Part shown: in pieces, positions 27,937-36,710 of the stretch
Layout of the letters: each line of letters opens with the position of its first letter
How positions within the stretch are numbered: position 1 is the stretch's first letter
Assembly (NCBI GenBank): GCA_902777205.1
Contig: CACYSU010000004.1
Span: forward strand, 4,125 to 68,124
Direction of reading: 5' to 3'
Source of the DNA: an uncultured Rhodospirillales bacterium
GTDB lineage: Bacteria > Pseudomonadota > Alphaproteobacteria > CAAGCB01 > CAG-977
Length of the DNA: 64,000 nucleotides
Notes under the pieces: generated by a model
Told to the model about the DNA's origin: nothing
What the model saw: the letters and a program-made list of their open reading frames with translations, nothing else
Databases searched by the model: none
Made by a program: the position numbers and the translations under genes

Positions 27937-29176
27937 GGCGGGATTGCTCTTTAAAATAGTTCGCCGTTGACAGATCGCCGCTTTTTTCAAACAGCAAAGC
28001 GGCCTTTTGCCAATATTCGGCGGCCTTTTGGCTCTGCCCCCTTTTGCTGGCGATCAGCCCCAGATTACTGTAATCCGACGCCTGTCCCAAACTGCGGTGC
28101 AGCATTTCCTCGATATGCAGGGAATCCCTGAAAAAGCTTTCCGCCCGCGCCCAATCGCCGCGGCGCAGGTGCATCAGCCCCAACGCCGCCGCCGCGTTCG
28201 CGTTTTCCGCTTTTTTTCCGGCCGTTTTGAAAAACGCCAGCGCGTCCGTCAGCAGCTTTTCAATCTCACCGCCCGCGGGATCCTTTTCAATCATCAATCC
28301 CCCCAGCAGCAGCCTGTTCGCGGCGATTTCAAACCCGTCCTTTGATTCCAAAGCGGCCGCGACGCTTTTTTCCGCCGCATCCAACGCCCCGTCCAAATCG
28401 CCCCGCGCCTGCGCCACCAGCGAAAGCCCGTTCAAAACACGGCTTTTATTGATAAAATCATCTTGTTTTTCAAACAGTTCCAGCGCCCGTTCAAACGCCG
28501 TCCGCGATTGGTCGAACGCCCCGCCGCGCAACCGGCACAGCCCGATTTGCCGCATCACGCAGGCGGTTTCAAAACCGTGTTTGCCGTCGGTTTCGTACAA
28601 AGCCAACGCCTCGCGGTGACATTCCACGGCCTGATCGAACCTGTCCTTGCCCTCGTACACCATGCCCAAATCGCCCAGCGTTTCCGCCAGAACAAATTTC
28701 CAACCGTGCTTTTCGGCCAGTTTTTTGGCGCGGTAGTGCGCTTCCTCCGCGCTTTCAAACGCGCCGGCCAGCCGGTACACCATGCCCAGACGGTTGGCCG
28801 CGCGGGCGTATTCGTAATCGCTGTTTTCCTTTTCAAACACGGTTAACGCCATGGTCAGCAGCCGTTCAGATTCCGCCAAATTCGCCTGATTCAGCGAAAT
28901 CATCGCCATATCGGCGTAGGCTTTGGCGAACAGCAGACGGTTGCGCCGCCAATGCAGCAGCGCCGCCGGACGCAGGCGCGGCACGCCGTTTTTAAACGAA
29001 AAAAAGCGTCCGGCCTCGAAAATCTTGGTCAAAGCCTCTTCGGCCTGATCGAATTGCTGCGTATCGACCAGACACCGCCCCAACATCAGCCAATTTTCAA
29101 TGTTGCGCGGTTCCTTGCGGCAGATCAGGCGGTAATTTTCGATGATTTCCTGCGTCAATATATACGATTGATTCAT
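27896..29176 (-). CDS. Tetratricopeptide-repeat protein
   Basis: 426 aa of repeated 34-40-aa units such as A..LG.VY...G.F..A...H..AL.L. Confidence 0.8.
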   Translation of the reverse strand: MNQSYILTQEIIENYRLICRKEPRNIENWLMLGRCLVDTQQFDQAEEALTKIFEAGRFFSFKNGVPRLRPAALLHWRRNRLLFAKAYADMAMISLNQANLAESERLLTMALTVFEKENSDYEYARAANRLGMVYRLAGAFESAEEAHYRAKKLAEKHGWKFVLAETLGDLGMVYEGKDRFDQAVECHREALALYETDGKHGFETACVMRQIGLCRLRGGAFDQSRTAFERALELFEKQDDFINKSRVLNGLSLVAQARGDLDGALDAAEKSVAAALESKDGFEIAANRLLLGGLMIEKDPAGGEIEKLLTDALAFFKTAGKKAENANAAAALGLMHLRRGDWARAESFFRDSLHIEEMLHRSLGQASDYSNLGLIASKRGQSQKAAEYWQKAALLFEKSGDLSTANYFKEQSRLMWGEAAGLPRPK

Positions 29177-29298
29177 ACTCTGCCCCGTATAATAACGTGC
29201 TTTCGCTTTACGATAGCAAAACGCGCGCGGGAAAGCTTTAAAAAAATGCTCCGCCCGAGGCCGGTTTTCCGGCTTGGTTTAATGAAAAGAGGTTTGAC

Positions 29299-31743
29299 AT
29301 GACCGTATCCGCCCTTTCCCCCGAACAACTTTACAGCACCTGCGATCTGGATTTCCTGTCGTTTGAAACGACCCGCGATCTGGAGGATCTGACCCAGCCG
29401 CTGGGACAGGAACAGGCCATCGACGCGATCAATTTCGGAATCAGCGTCGATTCCTACGGCTACAACCTGTTCTGCATCGGCCCCGAAGGGACGGGCAAGG
29501 CGTCGCTGGTGCGGCAAATTCTGACGAAAGCGGCGAAAAAGCTGAAAACGCCGAACGATTGGTGCTATGTCTATAACTTTAAAACGCCGTACAAGCCCTC
29601 CGCGATCCAAATGCCCGCCGGCAAAGCCAAAGAGTTCGCCAAAACGATGGACAAGCTGATCGGCGAAATCCGCGTCGCCCTGCCCGCCGTTTTCGACGGC
29701 GACGAATACAAGGCGCAGATGACCGCGATCGAAGACGCTTTCCGCGAACAGAAAACAAAATATTTCGACGACATCCAGAAAAACACGACCGGCAAAAACG
29801 TTTCCGTTTTGCGGATGCCCGTCGGGCTGGTCGTCGCGCCGACAAAGGACGGCGACGTTCTCAGCCCCGAAGCGTTTGAAAAACTGCCCGAAGAGGAACA
29901 GAAAGAGGTTCTGGCCGAACTGAACGCCGCGCAAGAGGAATTGGAACACGCCGTCCACGACATCCCCAAATGGGAAAAGGAACAGCGCGAACAAATCGAA
30001 AAGCTGAACGAAAAATTCGCGTCGCTGGCGATCAAGCACCTGATCGACGATGTCAAGCGCAAATACAGCCGCAACAAGGGCGTCGTCGCTTTCCTGCGCG
30101 ATATGTACAACGACATCATCGAAAACGTCGATCTGTTTTTGGACGACGAGGACGATCAGCCGCAGCCGCCGCAGCCCGCGGACGACGAACAGCCGATGCC
30201 TGTCATGCCCAAACAGAAATCCGACGGTGCGCTGCGCCGGTACAAGGTCAACGTGCTGGTCGATCACACGGATAAAACGGGCGCGCCGCTGATCTTTCTG
30301 GACCACCCGATTTTGACGAACCTGATCGGCCGCATCGACCGCCAGCAGCAATACGGCGCGCTGGTCACGGATTTCAACATGATCAAATCCGGCGCCCTGC
30401 ACGAAGCCAACGGCGGTTTTCTGGTCGTCGAAGCCAAGGATTTGATGAATCAAACCTCGTCGTGGGAAGCGTTGAAACGCGCCCTGCGGTCGAAAAAGAT
30501 CACCATGGATCCGCCCAGTTCCGACGGCATGATGACAACCATTCTGGAACCCGAAGCCATTCCTTTGAACGTCAAGATCGTGTTGTTGGGCGAACCGGAG
30601 CTGTACTATATGCTGGCGGAAAACGACCCCGATTTCACCGAATTGTTCAAGGTCGAGGCGAACTTTTTCCCCTATATGGACAAGACGCGCGAAAACGTCG
30701 CCAAATACGCCCGACTGATCGCCACGCAGGCGCGGCGCAACAAACTGCGCCCGCTGCAAAAAGAGGCCGTCGCCCGATTGATCGAACACGCGTCGCGTCT
30801 GGCCGAGGACAGCCAGAAATTGACCGCGCACATCGCGTCGATCAGCGATTTGATCCGCGAAGCCAACTATTGCGCCATGAAAGACGGCAAATCCCCCGTC
30901 ATCACGCGCGCGCACGTTGATCAGGCGATCGTGTCCAAAATCAAACGTTCCGACCGTATTCAGGAACGCATGACCGAACAGATCAAGCGCGGCACGGTTT
31001 TGATCGACACGGACGGCGCCGTCGTCGGGCAGATCAACGGGCTGGCCGTTTTTGAATTCGGCCAGCTGTCGTTCGGCAAACCCAGCCGGATCACCTGTTT
31101 GACGCGCATGGGGGCGGGCGAAGTCATCGACATCGAACGCGAAGTCGATCTGGGCGGCCCCTTGCACACCAAAGGCGTCCTGATCCTGTCCAGTTTTCTG
31201 GCATCAAAGTTTTCGCAAAACGCCCCCCTGTCCATGGAAGCGACGCTGGTGTTCGAGCAGTCCTACGGCGAAGTTGACGGGGATTCCGCGTCGTCAACCG
31301 AACTGTACGCCATGCTGTCCGCGTTGTCGAACGTGCCGATCAAGCAAAATCTGGCCGTCACGGGATCGGTCAACCAGTTCGGGCAAATTCAGGCGATCGG
31401 CGGCGTCAACGAAAAGATCGAGGGTTTCTTCGACATTTGCCGGACGCGCGGATTGACGGGGACGCAGGGTGTTTTGATCCCCGCGACAAACGTCGTCAAC
31501 CTGATGCTGCGTCAGGACATTGTCGAAGCGTGCAAAGCGGGACAATTCCACATCTATCCCGTTTCCACGATCGACGAAGGCATCGAGATTTTGACGGGTA
31601 TGCCGGCGGGAACGCCCGACGCCGACGGCGTCTATCCCGAAAACACCGTCAACGGCAAGGTGCAGGAACGGCTGCGTCAATTCCTGAAACAGAATTTGGA
31701 ATACCGCCGCCAATCCCATGTGCCGCCCGCGGAAAAAATCTGA
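29299..31743 (+). CDS. Lon-like ATP-dependent protease (AAA+ module plus a Lon Ser-Lys proteolytic domain)
   Basis: Walker A GPEGTGKAS. The C-terminal Lon protease signature VDGDSASSTELYAMLSAL (catalytic Ser) and AIGGVNEKIEGFF (catalytic Lys) are intact. Confidence 0.85.
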   Translation: MTVSALSPEQLYSTCDLDFLSFETTRDLEDLTQPLGQEQAIDAINFGISVDSYGYNLFCIGPEGTGKASLVRQILTKAAKKLKTPNDWCYVYNFKTPYKPSAIQMPAGKAKEFAKTMDKLIGEIRVALPAVFDGDEYKAQMTAIEDAFREQKTKYFDDIQKNTTGKNVSVLRMPVGLVVAPTKDGDVLSPEAFEKLPEEEQKEVLAELNAAQEELEHAVHDIPKWEKEQREQIEKLNEKFASLAIKHLIDDVKRKYSRNKGVVAFLRDMYNDIIENVDLFLDDEDDQPQPPQPADDEQPMPVMPKQKSDGALRRYKVNVLVDHTDKTGAPLIFLDHPILTNLIGRIDRQQQYGALVTDFNMIKSGALHEANGGFLVVEAKDLMNQTSSWEALKRALRSKKITMDPPSSDGMMTTILEPEAIPLNVKIVLLGEPELYYMLAENDPDFTELFKVEANFFPYMDKTRENVAKYARLIATQARRNKLRPLQKEAVARLIEHASRLAEDSQKLTAHIASISDLIREANYCAMKDGKSPVITRAHVDQAIVSKIKRSDRIQERMTEQIKRGTVLIDTDGAVVGQINGLAVFEFGQLSFGKPSRITCLTRMGAGEVIDIEREVDLGGPLHTKGVLILSSFLASKFSQNAPLSMEATLVFEQSYGEVDGDSASSTELYAMLSALSNVPIKQNLAVTGSVNQFGQIQAIGGVNEKIEGFFDICRTRGLTGTQGVLIPATNVVNLMLRQDIVEACKAGQFHIYPVSTIDEGIEILTGMPAGTPDADGVYPENTVNGKVQERLRQFLKQNLEYRRQSHVPPAEKI

Positions 31744-31772
31744 TTTTCCGGCACGGTATGAATATGAAAAAA

Positions 31773-31794
31773 GCCCCTTTCGGGGCTTTTTTTT
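31773..31794. terminator. Bidirectional intrinsic terminator between the Lon-like gene and fprA
   Basis: GCCCC-TTTC-GGGGC stem flanked by A6 and T8. Confidence 0.85.
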
Positions 31795-31812
31795 AAACGT
31801 GTCATCCTGATT

Positions 31813-32982
31813 TTATTCGACGACGGCGGACGCGGCGTCGCGCACGGCTTTCAATCCCTCAACGGTCGGACGCCAGTTCAGCGTCGCGATCGGTTGGGGC
31901 AAATGCCACCCCAATTTGGCCAGAACGTCCTGCATTTCCTGCTGGCAATCCTTTTTCCACCCGTAGGAACCGAAGCAGAATCCGGTTTTGTTTTTCGGCG
32001 CCAATCCCCGCAAATACGTCAGAAAAGCCCCCATCGTCGGCAATATCCCCGTGTTCAGCGTCGGCGATCCCAGCGCGACGTATTTGGCTTCGACAATGGC
32101 GTTGATCGCGTCGGAAACGTTGGAATGTTTCAACGACACCATGGTGACGCGCAATCCTTTTTCCTGCCACGCGGCGGCGACTTCGCGCGCCATTTTCTCC
32201 GTCGATCCCCACATGGAATCGTACACGACGACGGCTTTGTCCGCGACATTGCCGTAGGACGACCACAGTTTGTACTTTTCGACGATTTCCGGAATATGCT
32301 TGCGCCAGATGACGCCGTGGCTGGGCGCGATCATGTCGATGTCCAGCGTCGCCGCGATTTCCAAAACTTTCTGCACCTGCGCGCCATAGGGCCACACGAT
32401 GTTGCCGTAGTATTTCTTCGCTTCGTCCAAAATGACATCAAGGTTGCCGTCGTCGAACAATTCGTCGGACGCGTAATGCTGGCCGAACCCGTCGTTCGGA
32501 AACAGCAACTTTTCATCCGCGACATAGGTCATCATGGAATCCGGCCAATGCACCATCGGCATCTGCACGAACGTCAGCGTGTGCTTTCCGATGTTCAGCG
32601 TGTCGTTCGTTTTGACGGTTTGAATTTTCCACCCCGCCGTGTCGTAATGCGCGCCCAGCCCGCGTTCGCCGGCCGGCGGACAGTACAGCGTCGCGTTTTT
32701 CGCTTTGGCCATAACGGCGGGCAAAGCGCCGGAATGATCCATTTCGACGTGGTTGCAGACGACAACGTCGATTTTTTCCGGATCGACGACGGACGCGACG
32801 CGCTGCATCATCAGGTCTGTGAACGGTTCCTTCACCCCGTCGATCAGCGTGACTTTGTCGTCAACGATCAAATAGGCGTTGTACGTCGATCCGCGCGATG
32901 TCGTATAGCCGTGAAATTCGCGCAAATTCCAATCTTTGACGCCGACCCAGTAGATGCCTTTTTTGATTTCAACCGCTTTCAT
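31813..32982 (-). CDS. fprA: FprA-type flavodiiron protein (A-type flavoprotein; O2/NO reductase)
   Basis: Metallo-beta-lactamase-like diiron motif NHVEMDHSGALP plus a C-terminal flavodoxin domain (VVVYDSMWGSTEKMA). GGGAGGA SD lies 6 nt before the ATG at 32982. Confidence 0.9.
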   Translation of the reverse strand: MKAVEIKKGIYWVGVKDWNLREFHGYTTSRGSTYNAYLIVDDKVTLIDGVKEPFTDLMMQRVASVVDPEKIDVVVCNHVEMDHSGALPAVMAKAKNATLYCPPAGERGLGAHYDTAGWKIQTVKTNDTLNIGKHTLTFVQMPMVHWPDSMMTYVADEKLLFPNDGFGQHYASDELFDDGNLDVILDEAKKYYGNIVWPYGAQVQKVLEIAATLDIDMIAPSHGVIWRKHIPEIVEKYKLWSSYGNVADKAVVVYDSMWGSTEKMAREVAAAWQEKGLRVTMVSLKHSNVSDAINAIVEAKYVALGSPTLNTGILPTMGAFLTYLRGLAPKNKTGFCFGSYGWKKDCQQEMQDVLAKLGWHLPQPIATLNWRPTVEGLKAVRDAASAVVE

Positions 32983-33025
32983 AAAAAATCCTCCCAAAAA
33001 AATTACGTTCTTTTATATCATTGTT

Positions 33026-33057
33026 TTGTTCTTTTGAACAGATATAAAAAAGAACAA
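33026..33057. promoter_or_regulatory. Perfect 10-bp inverted repeat TTGTTCTTTT-N12-AAAAGAACAA in the fprA upstream region; candidate operator
   Basis: Read directly from the sequence. It also contains the nested palindrome TGTTC-N4-GAACA and lies 44-75 nt upstream of the fprA start codon. Confidence 0.4.
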
Positions 33058-33079
33058 TCCGCAAAAGCCGCTCCGACGG

Positions 33080-35335
33080 CTATTCTTCCGCGTTTTCAAC
33101 GGCTTCGGCGTCGTTATCGTCCGGCATTTCATCCCCGTCGATTTCATTTTCCAAATCGGCCAGCTTGCGCGCCTGCATATAGGCGGGTTCAACGGACATA
33201 TCCTCCGGCGGGGGCAGTTTGTCTTCCTCGTGCCGCTGGTTATAAACGTTTACCGGCAAAGGCGGCGGCGGCGGCAATTTCGTTTTTTTCGCCATGTCGC
33301 GGTTTTTGAAATAAAACGGAGTTGTCAGCTTGATCGGGCGGTTGTGGTGTTTTTGGATCAAAGCGTACTGCATCCCGAACGGCATATTCATAATGAACGT
33401 GTCCGAAACGACATCGCCCGCCATCGTTCCGTAAAAAACGAACTTGTCGGAAAACGGCGTCGTCCCCGACCCGATGCCCTCGGCGCGGCTGGAACCCGCG
33501 GTGACGACGGTGCGCTTTTCAATCAGCGAATTCAGCCGCCCCGCCGTTTCGCGGCTGTTGCACCGCATGAAAATCTTCGCCCCCGTGTTGCCGATGATCG
33601 TTTCCAATTCGCCGCCGTAACGCCCCGACAGCTGGGACAGATCCTGACACGTCAGCAAAAACGCGTAGTGTTTCGCCATGCCCGTGCCGATCGCGTCGGC
33701 CACATGGAAATCGGACATACTTTGATATTCGTCCAGCAGGTACAAAACGGGATAAGGCCCGCACGGCCCTTCGGACACGTCGAAAATCGTCAGCGTGCCG
33801 GCGTACATATTGATGAACATCGTCATGACGGCGTTGGTCATGCCGTCGATCGGGCATCCCAGATAAAACGTGACGGGTTCCCATTTTCCCGTGACCGCGT
33901 TTTTGATGCCGCGCATTTGAACGCTGCCGAAATCGCTGGACGCCATGCGCATACGGATCGCCGCGTTTTTAAACGGCGCCAATCCGGACAACGCCATCGA
34001 CAGCACCGAAGACCGCTGCGTTTTCGGCAATGCCAGAATCTGGCTGATTTCGACCAAAGCGCGGCGGTTGTAGCCGAAATACTTCGTTTCCTCGACGATA
34101 TCGGACAGGATTTTCGCCCAGATGTCCGTTTTAAAGGCGACCGGATCGCCCGCGTCGCGTCTGGCGCGCAATTCGTCGGAAACGTCCAGCTGCTGTTTGG
34201 TGATATAGTCCATCAGCAGCGGAAAGCTGGCCTGACGCCCGATCCACGCTTCGGGCACGGGATCCCATTTGCCGATCGGCAGGTAGTTTTTAAACGTCAT
34301 CGTGCGTTTGCGAACGTTGTTCAGCGCCTGTTTGACGGCGACGGATTTTTCCATCGCGTCATAGTACGTTTCCAAAACGTCGAAATCTTCCTCGTCCATC
34401 GCGTCTTCGTAAAAACGCTGCAGGAAATAGTCGTTCGCGCGCGCCTGTTCGCATTTGTCGCAAATGAAATTGATGAACCCTTCCAAAACGGCGCGGCCGG
34501 ATTTGACCCAGTACGGGTCGGTGCCCGTCGGCCCGTCGCCCAACAGGAAATAGGCCAACCCGCCGATGTACCCTTGCCGTCCGGGCGACGGCGGAGGCAG
34601 ATCCATATCGCTCAACGGGTTCCACGTCGGCCAGAACACCCCCTGATCCGGTTTGTCGATGCCGAAAAAATTGATGCGGAAAACAGGCCCCAAAGCCGCG
34701 CGATGCCCGCCGGTCAGCTCGAACAGTTCGCCTTTCATATCGTTGACGATCAGGGATTTATCGTCGTTGGCCAAAATGCTGGGTACGACGACACCGGCCG
34801 ATTTTCCGCTGTCGGGCGCGCCGACGACCAGCGTTGACATATAGTTGTTCATCCGCAGCAAACGGCGTTCGTTCCACAACCCCAAAACAAACGAGATCCC
34901 CTCCAACAGCCCCATGCGCTTGACATCGCGTTCGTCGGCCAGACGGCCGTCGCCTTGATCCAGCTGGATGAAATAGTACGGGTTGGTAAACAGCGTGATC
35001 AAACACCCCGTGATCATGACGAACGCCGGAAGGGCGGGAATCCAGACCGCGAAATTCTGAAACGGATCTTTTGAAAAGGTGACTGCCCAGCGGAAATAAC
35101 TGGAAAAATAATAAAACGGATGCTGTTTCAGATAGGCGTAGTATTTTTTGACGTTTTCCCACGATTGCGCCGAAAAGCTTTGGGACACCATATGCCCCAG
35201 CGGATAGGCAATGAACGAAATCAGGAAAGCGGCGATCGCGGAATACAAAAATCCCAGCAAGATCCAGTCCAACGCCCTGTAATATTCGGCGAAATTTCCG
35301 TCCTTGCGGGACGGGAGCATGGAAAACCTGTCCAT
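33080..35335 (-). CDS. Type IV secretion coupling protein-like ATPase (VirD4/TraG/DotL family)
   Basis: 751 aa with N-terminal TM helices, Walker A VVGAPDSGKS and a Walker B-like VLYLLDEYQS. Overall layout is T4CP-like. Ends in a Pro-rich segment and an acidic tail (DGDEMPDDNDAEAVENAEE). Confidence 0.75.
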   Translation of the reverse strand: MDRFSMLPSRKDGNFAEYYRALDWILLGFLYSAIAAFLISFIAYPLGHMVSQSFSAQSWENVKKYYAYLKQHPFYYFSSYFRWAVTFSKDPFQNFAVWIPALPAFVMITGCLITLFTNPYYFIQLDQGDGRLADERDVKRMGLLEGISFVLGLWNERRLLRMNNYMSTLVVGAPDSGKSAGVVVPSILANDDKSLIVNDMKGELFELTGGHRAALGPVFRINFFGIDKPDQGVFWPTWNPLSDMDLPPPSPGRQGYIGGLAYFLLGDGPTGTDPYWVKSGRAVLEGFINFICDKCEQARANDYFLQRFYEDAMDEEDFDVLETYYDAMEKSVAVKQALNNVRKRTMTFKNYLPIGKWDPVPEAWIGRQASFPLLMDYITKQQLDVSDELRARRDAGDPVAFKTDIWAKILSDIVEETKYFGYNRRALVEISQILALPKTQRSSVLSMALSGLAPFKNAAIRMRMASSDFGSVQMRGIKNAVTGKWEPVTFYLGCPIDGMTNAVMTMFINMYAGTLTIFDVSEGPCGPYPVLYLLDEYQSMSDFHVADAIGTGMAKHYAFLLTCQDLSQLSGRYGGELETIIGNTGAKIFMRCNSRETAGRLNSLIEKRTVVTAGSSRAEGIGSGTTPFSDKFVFYGTMAGDVVSDTFIMNMPFGMQYALIQKHHNRPIKLTTPFYFKNRDMAKKTKLPPPPPLPVNVYNQRHEEDKLPPPEDMSVEPAYMQARKLADLENEIDGDEMPDDNDAEAVENAEE

Positions 35336-35338
35336 GGC

Positions 35339-36691
35339 CTACCCTCCCCTTTGGCGTTGGCGTTTCACGCGCGCGCGGCGGACGGGGATGACCTTTTTGA
35401 TCACGTTCGTCACGCACCGCGTCACCTGTTTGGCGACCTTGGCGACTTCGCCCTGCACGGCCTCTTGCGCCGCTTTGCGTTCATCCTCGTCAACCGGATA
35501 CAGGATCGGAAAATCGTATTTGCTGGGGGGCAGCTCCTCTTTGCGGCGGGGACGGCGCGTCACCAGCGTTTTAGCGCCGCTTTTCAATTCCGGCCGTTTT
35601 TCCAAAACGACATCGCGCAGCCGCGCCTTCAATTCGTCGGGCGAAGCTTGATTCAAACGGCGGTCGCGCAAAAACGCCAGCTCCGCCGACAACCCGCCGT
35701 CCGTTTCCGCCGCGGGTTCGCTGAGTTGCGGCTCAGGTTTCTTTTCCGGCGCGGGGCGCGGCGTTTCGACCGCGGCCGGTTTGGCGTCCGCCGCCGCCTG
35801 CTTCAACCGTTCGGCCGCGCGGTTGATTTCATCCACGCGCGCCTGCTCCGCCTCTTGATTGACGGCGCGTTTTTTGCGCAGAATCTCCAACTCGGTCAGG
35901 TTGGCCTTCATCTGCATCCGGTTGGCTGAAGCCAGATCAAGCCCCGCGATGTTGCCTTTTTTGATTTCGACCTTGCGCCCCGCGGCCTGTTTGAACGCGT
36001 AAGTGCCGTCCAAATACATCGGGTCGATTTTCACGCCCGTCAGATTCACGCCGACCAGATTGACGCCGGACAGATCGACGCCCGTCAAATCCACGCCGCG
36101 CAGATCCAGCCGCCGCAGGTCGAGGTATTTCAGGTTCGCTTTGCGCAGATCCAGCTTGCCCTCTTCGGCGTCGCGCTGCATCTGCTGCATTTTTTCCAGC
36201 TCGTTCAACGCCTGCTTGGCCAGTTTCGCGCCCGCGATCTTGGCGTTTTTCAAATACGCCCCGTCCAGCAGCGCGCCTTCCAGATCGGCGCCGGTCAGGT
36301 CGGCTTCCTCCAGATTGACGCCGCGCAGGTCGGCGCCGCGCAAATCCGCGCCGCGCAAATCGACGCCGGCCAGATTGGCGTTGCGAAGATCGGCGTTTTG
36401 GAAATTGACGGCGTTCAGGTTCGCGCCGGAAAAATCGACATCGTGCAAATCGGCGCCGACGAATTTGGCGTATTCCCCCTGTTCCAGCGACCGGACGACC
36501 AACAGGGCGTTGTCGTCTTTCATCCACCCGTTGAAACGATCTTTGCGTTCCTGCAGCTCGTCAACGATTCGCACGCCCGCGACATAGGAAATGTTGGCGT
36601 CCGACGTGTCCGCGGTTTTGGGCGCGGGACGTTTGGTCAAGGCGCTATATACGCCCTGTTGTTCCGTTCCGTTTTGCGTCGTTTCCGTCAT
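35339..36691 (-). CDS. Pentapeptide-repeat protein with a coiled-coil middle and an Arg-rich C-terminal tail
   Basis: Two blocks of A(D/N)LxG-type pentapeptides (ADLRNANLAGVDLRGADLRGADLRGVNLEEADLTGADLEGA; LDLRGVDLTGVDLSGVNLVGVNLTG). No signal peptide. Ends in VIPVRRARVKRQRQRGG. Confidence 0.85.
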   Translation of the reverse strand: MTETTQNGTEQQGVYSALTKRPAPKTADTSDANISYVAGVRIVDELQERKDRFNGWMKDDNALLVVRSLEQGEYAKFVGADLHDVDFSGANLNAVNFQNADLRNANLAGVDLRGADLRGADLRGVNLEEADLTGADLEGALLDGAYLKNAKIAGAKLAKQALNELEKMQQMQRDAEEGKLDLRKANLKYLDLRRLDLRGVDLTGVDLSGVNLVGVNLTGVKIDPMYLDGTYAFKQAAGRKVEIKKGNIAGLDLASANRMQMKANLTELEILRKKRAVNQEAEQARVDEINRAAERLKQAAADAKPAAVETPRPAPEKKPEPQLSEPAAETDGGLSAELAFLRDRRLNQASPDELKARLRDVVLEKRPELKSGAKTLVTRRPRRKEELPPSKYDFPILYPVDEDERKAAQEAVQGEVAKVAKQVTRCVTNVIKKVIPVRRARVKRQRQRGG

Positions 36692-36710
36692 GCGCGCCGT
36701 TCCGCCGGTG

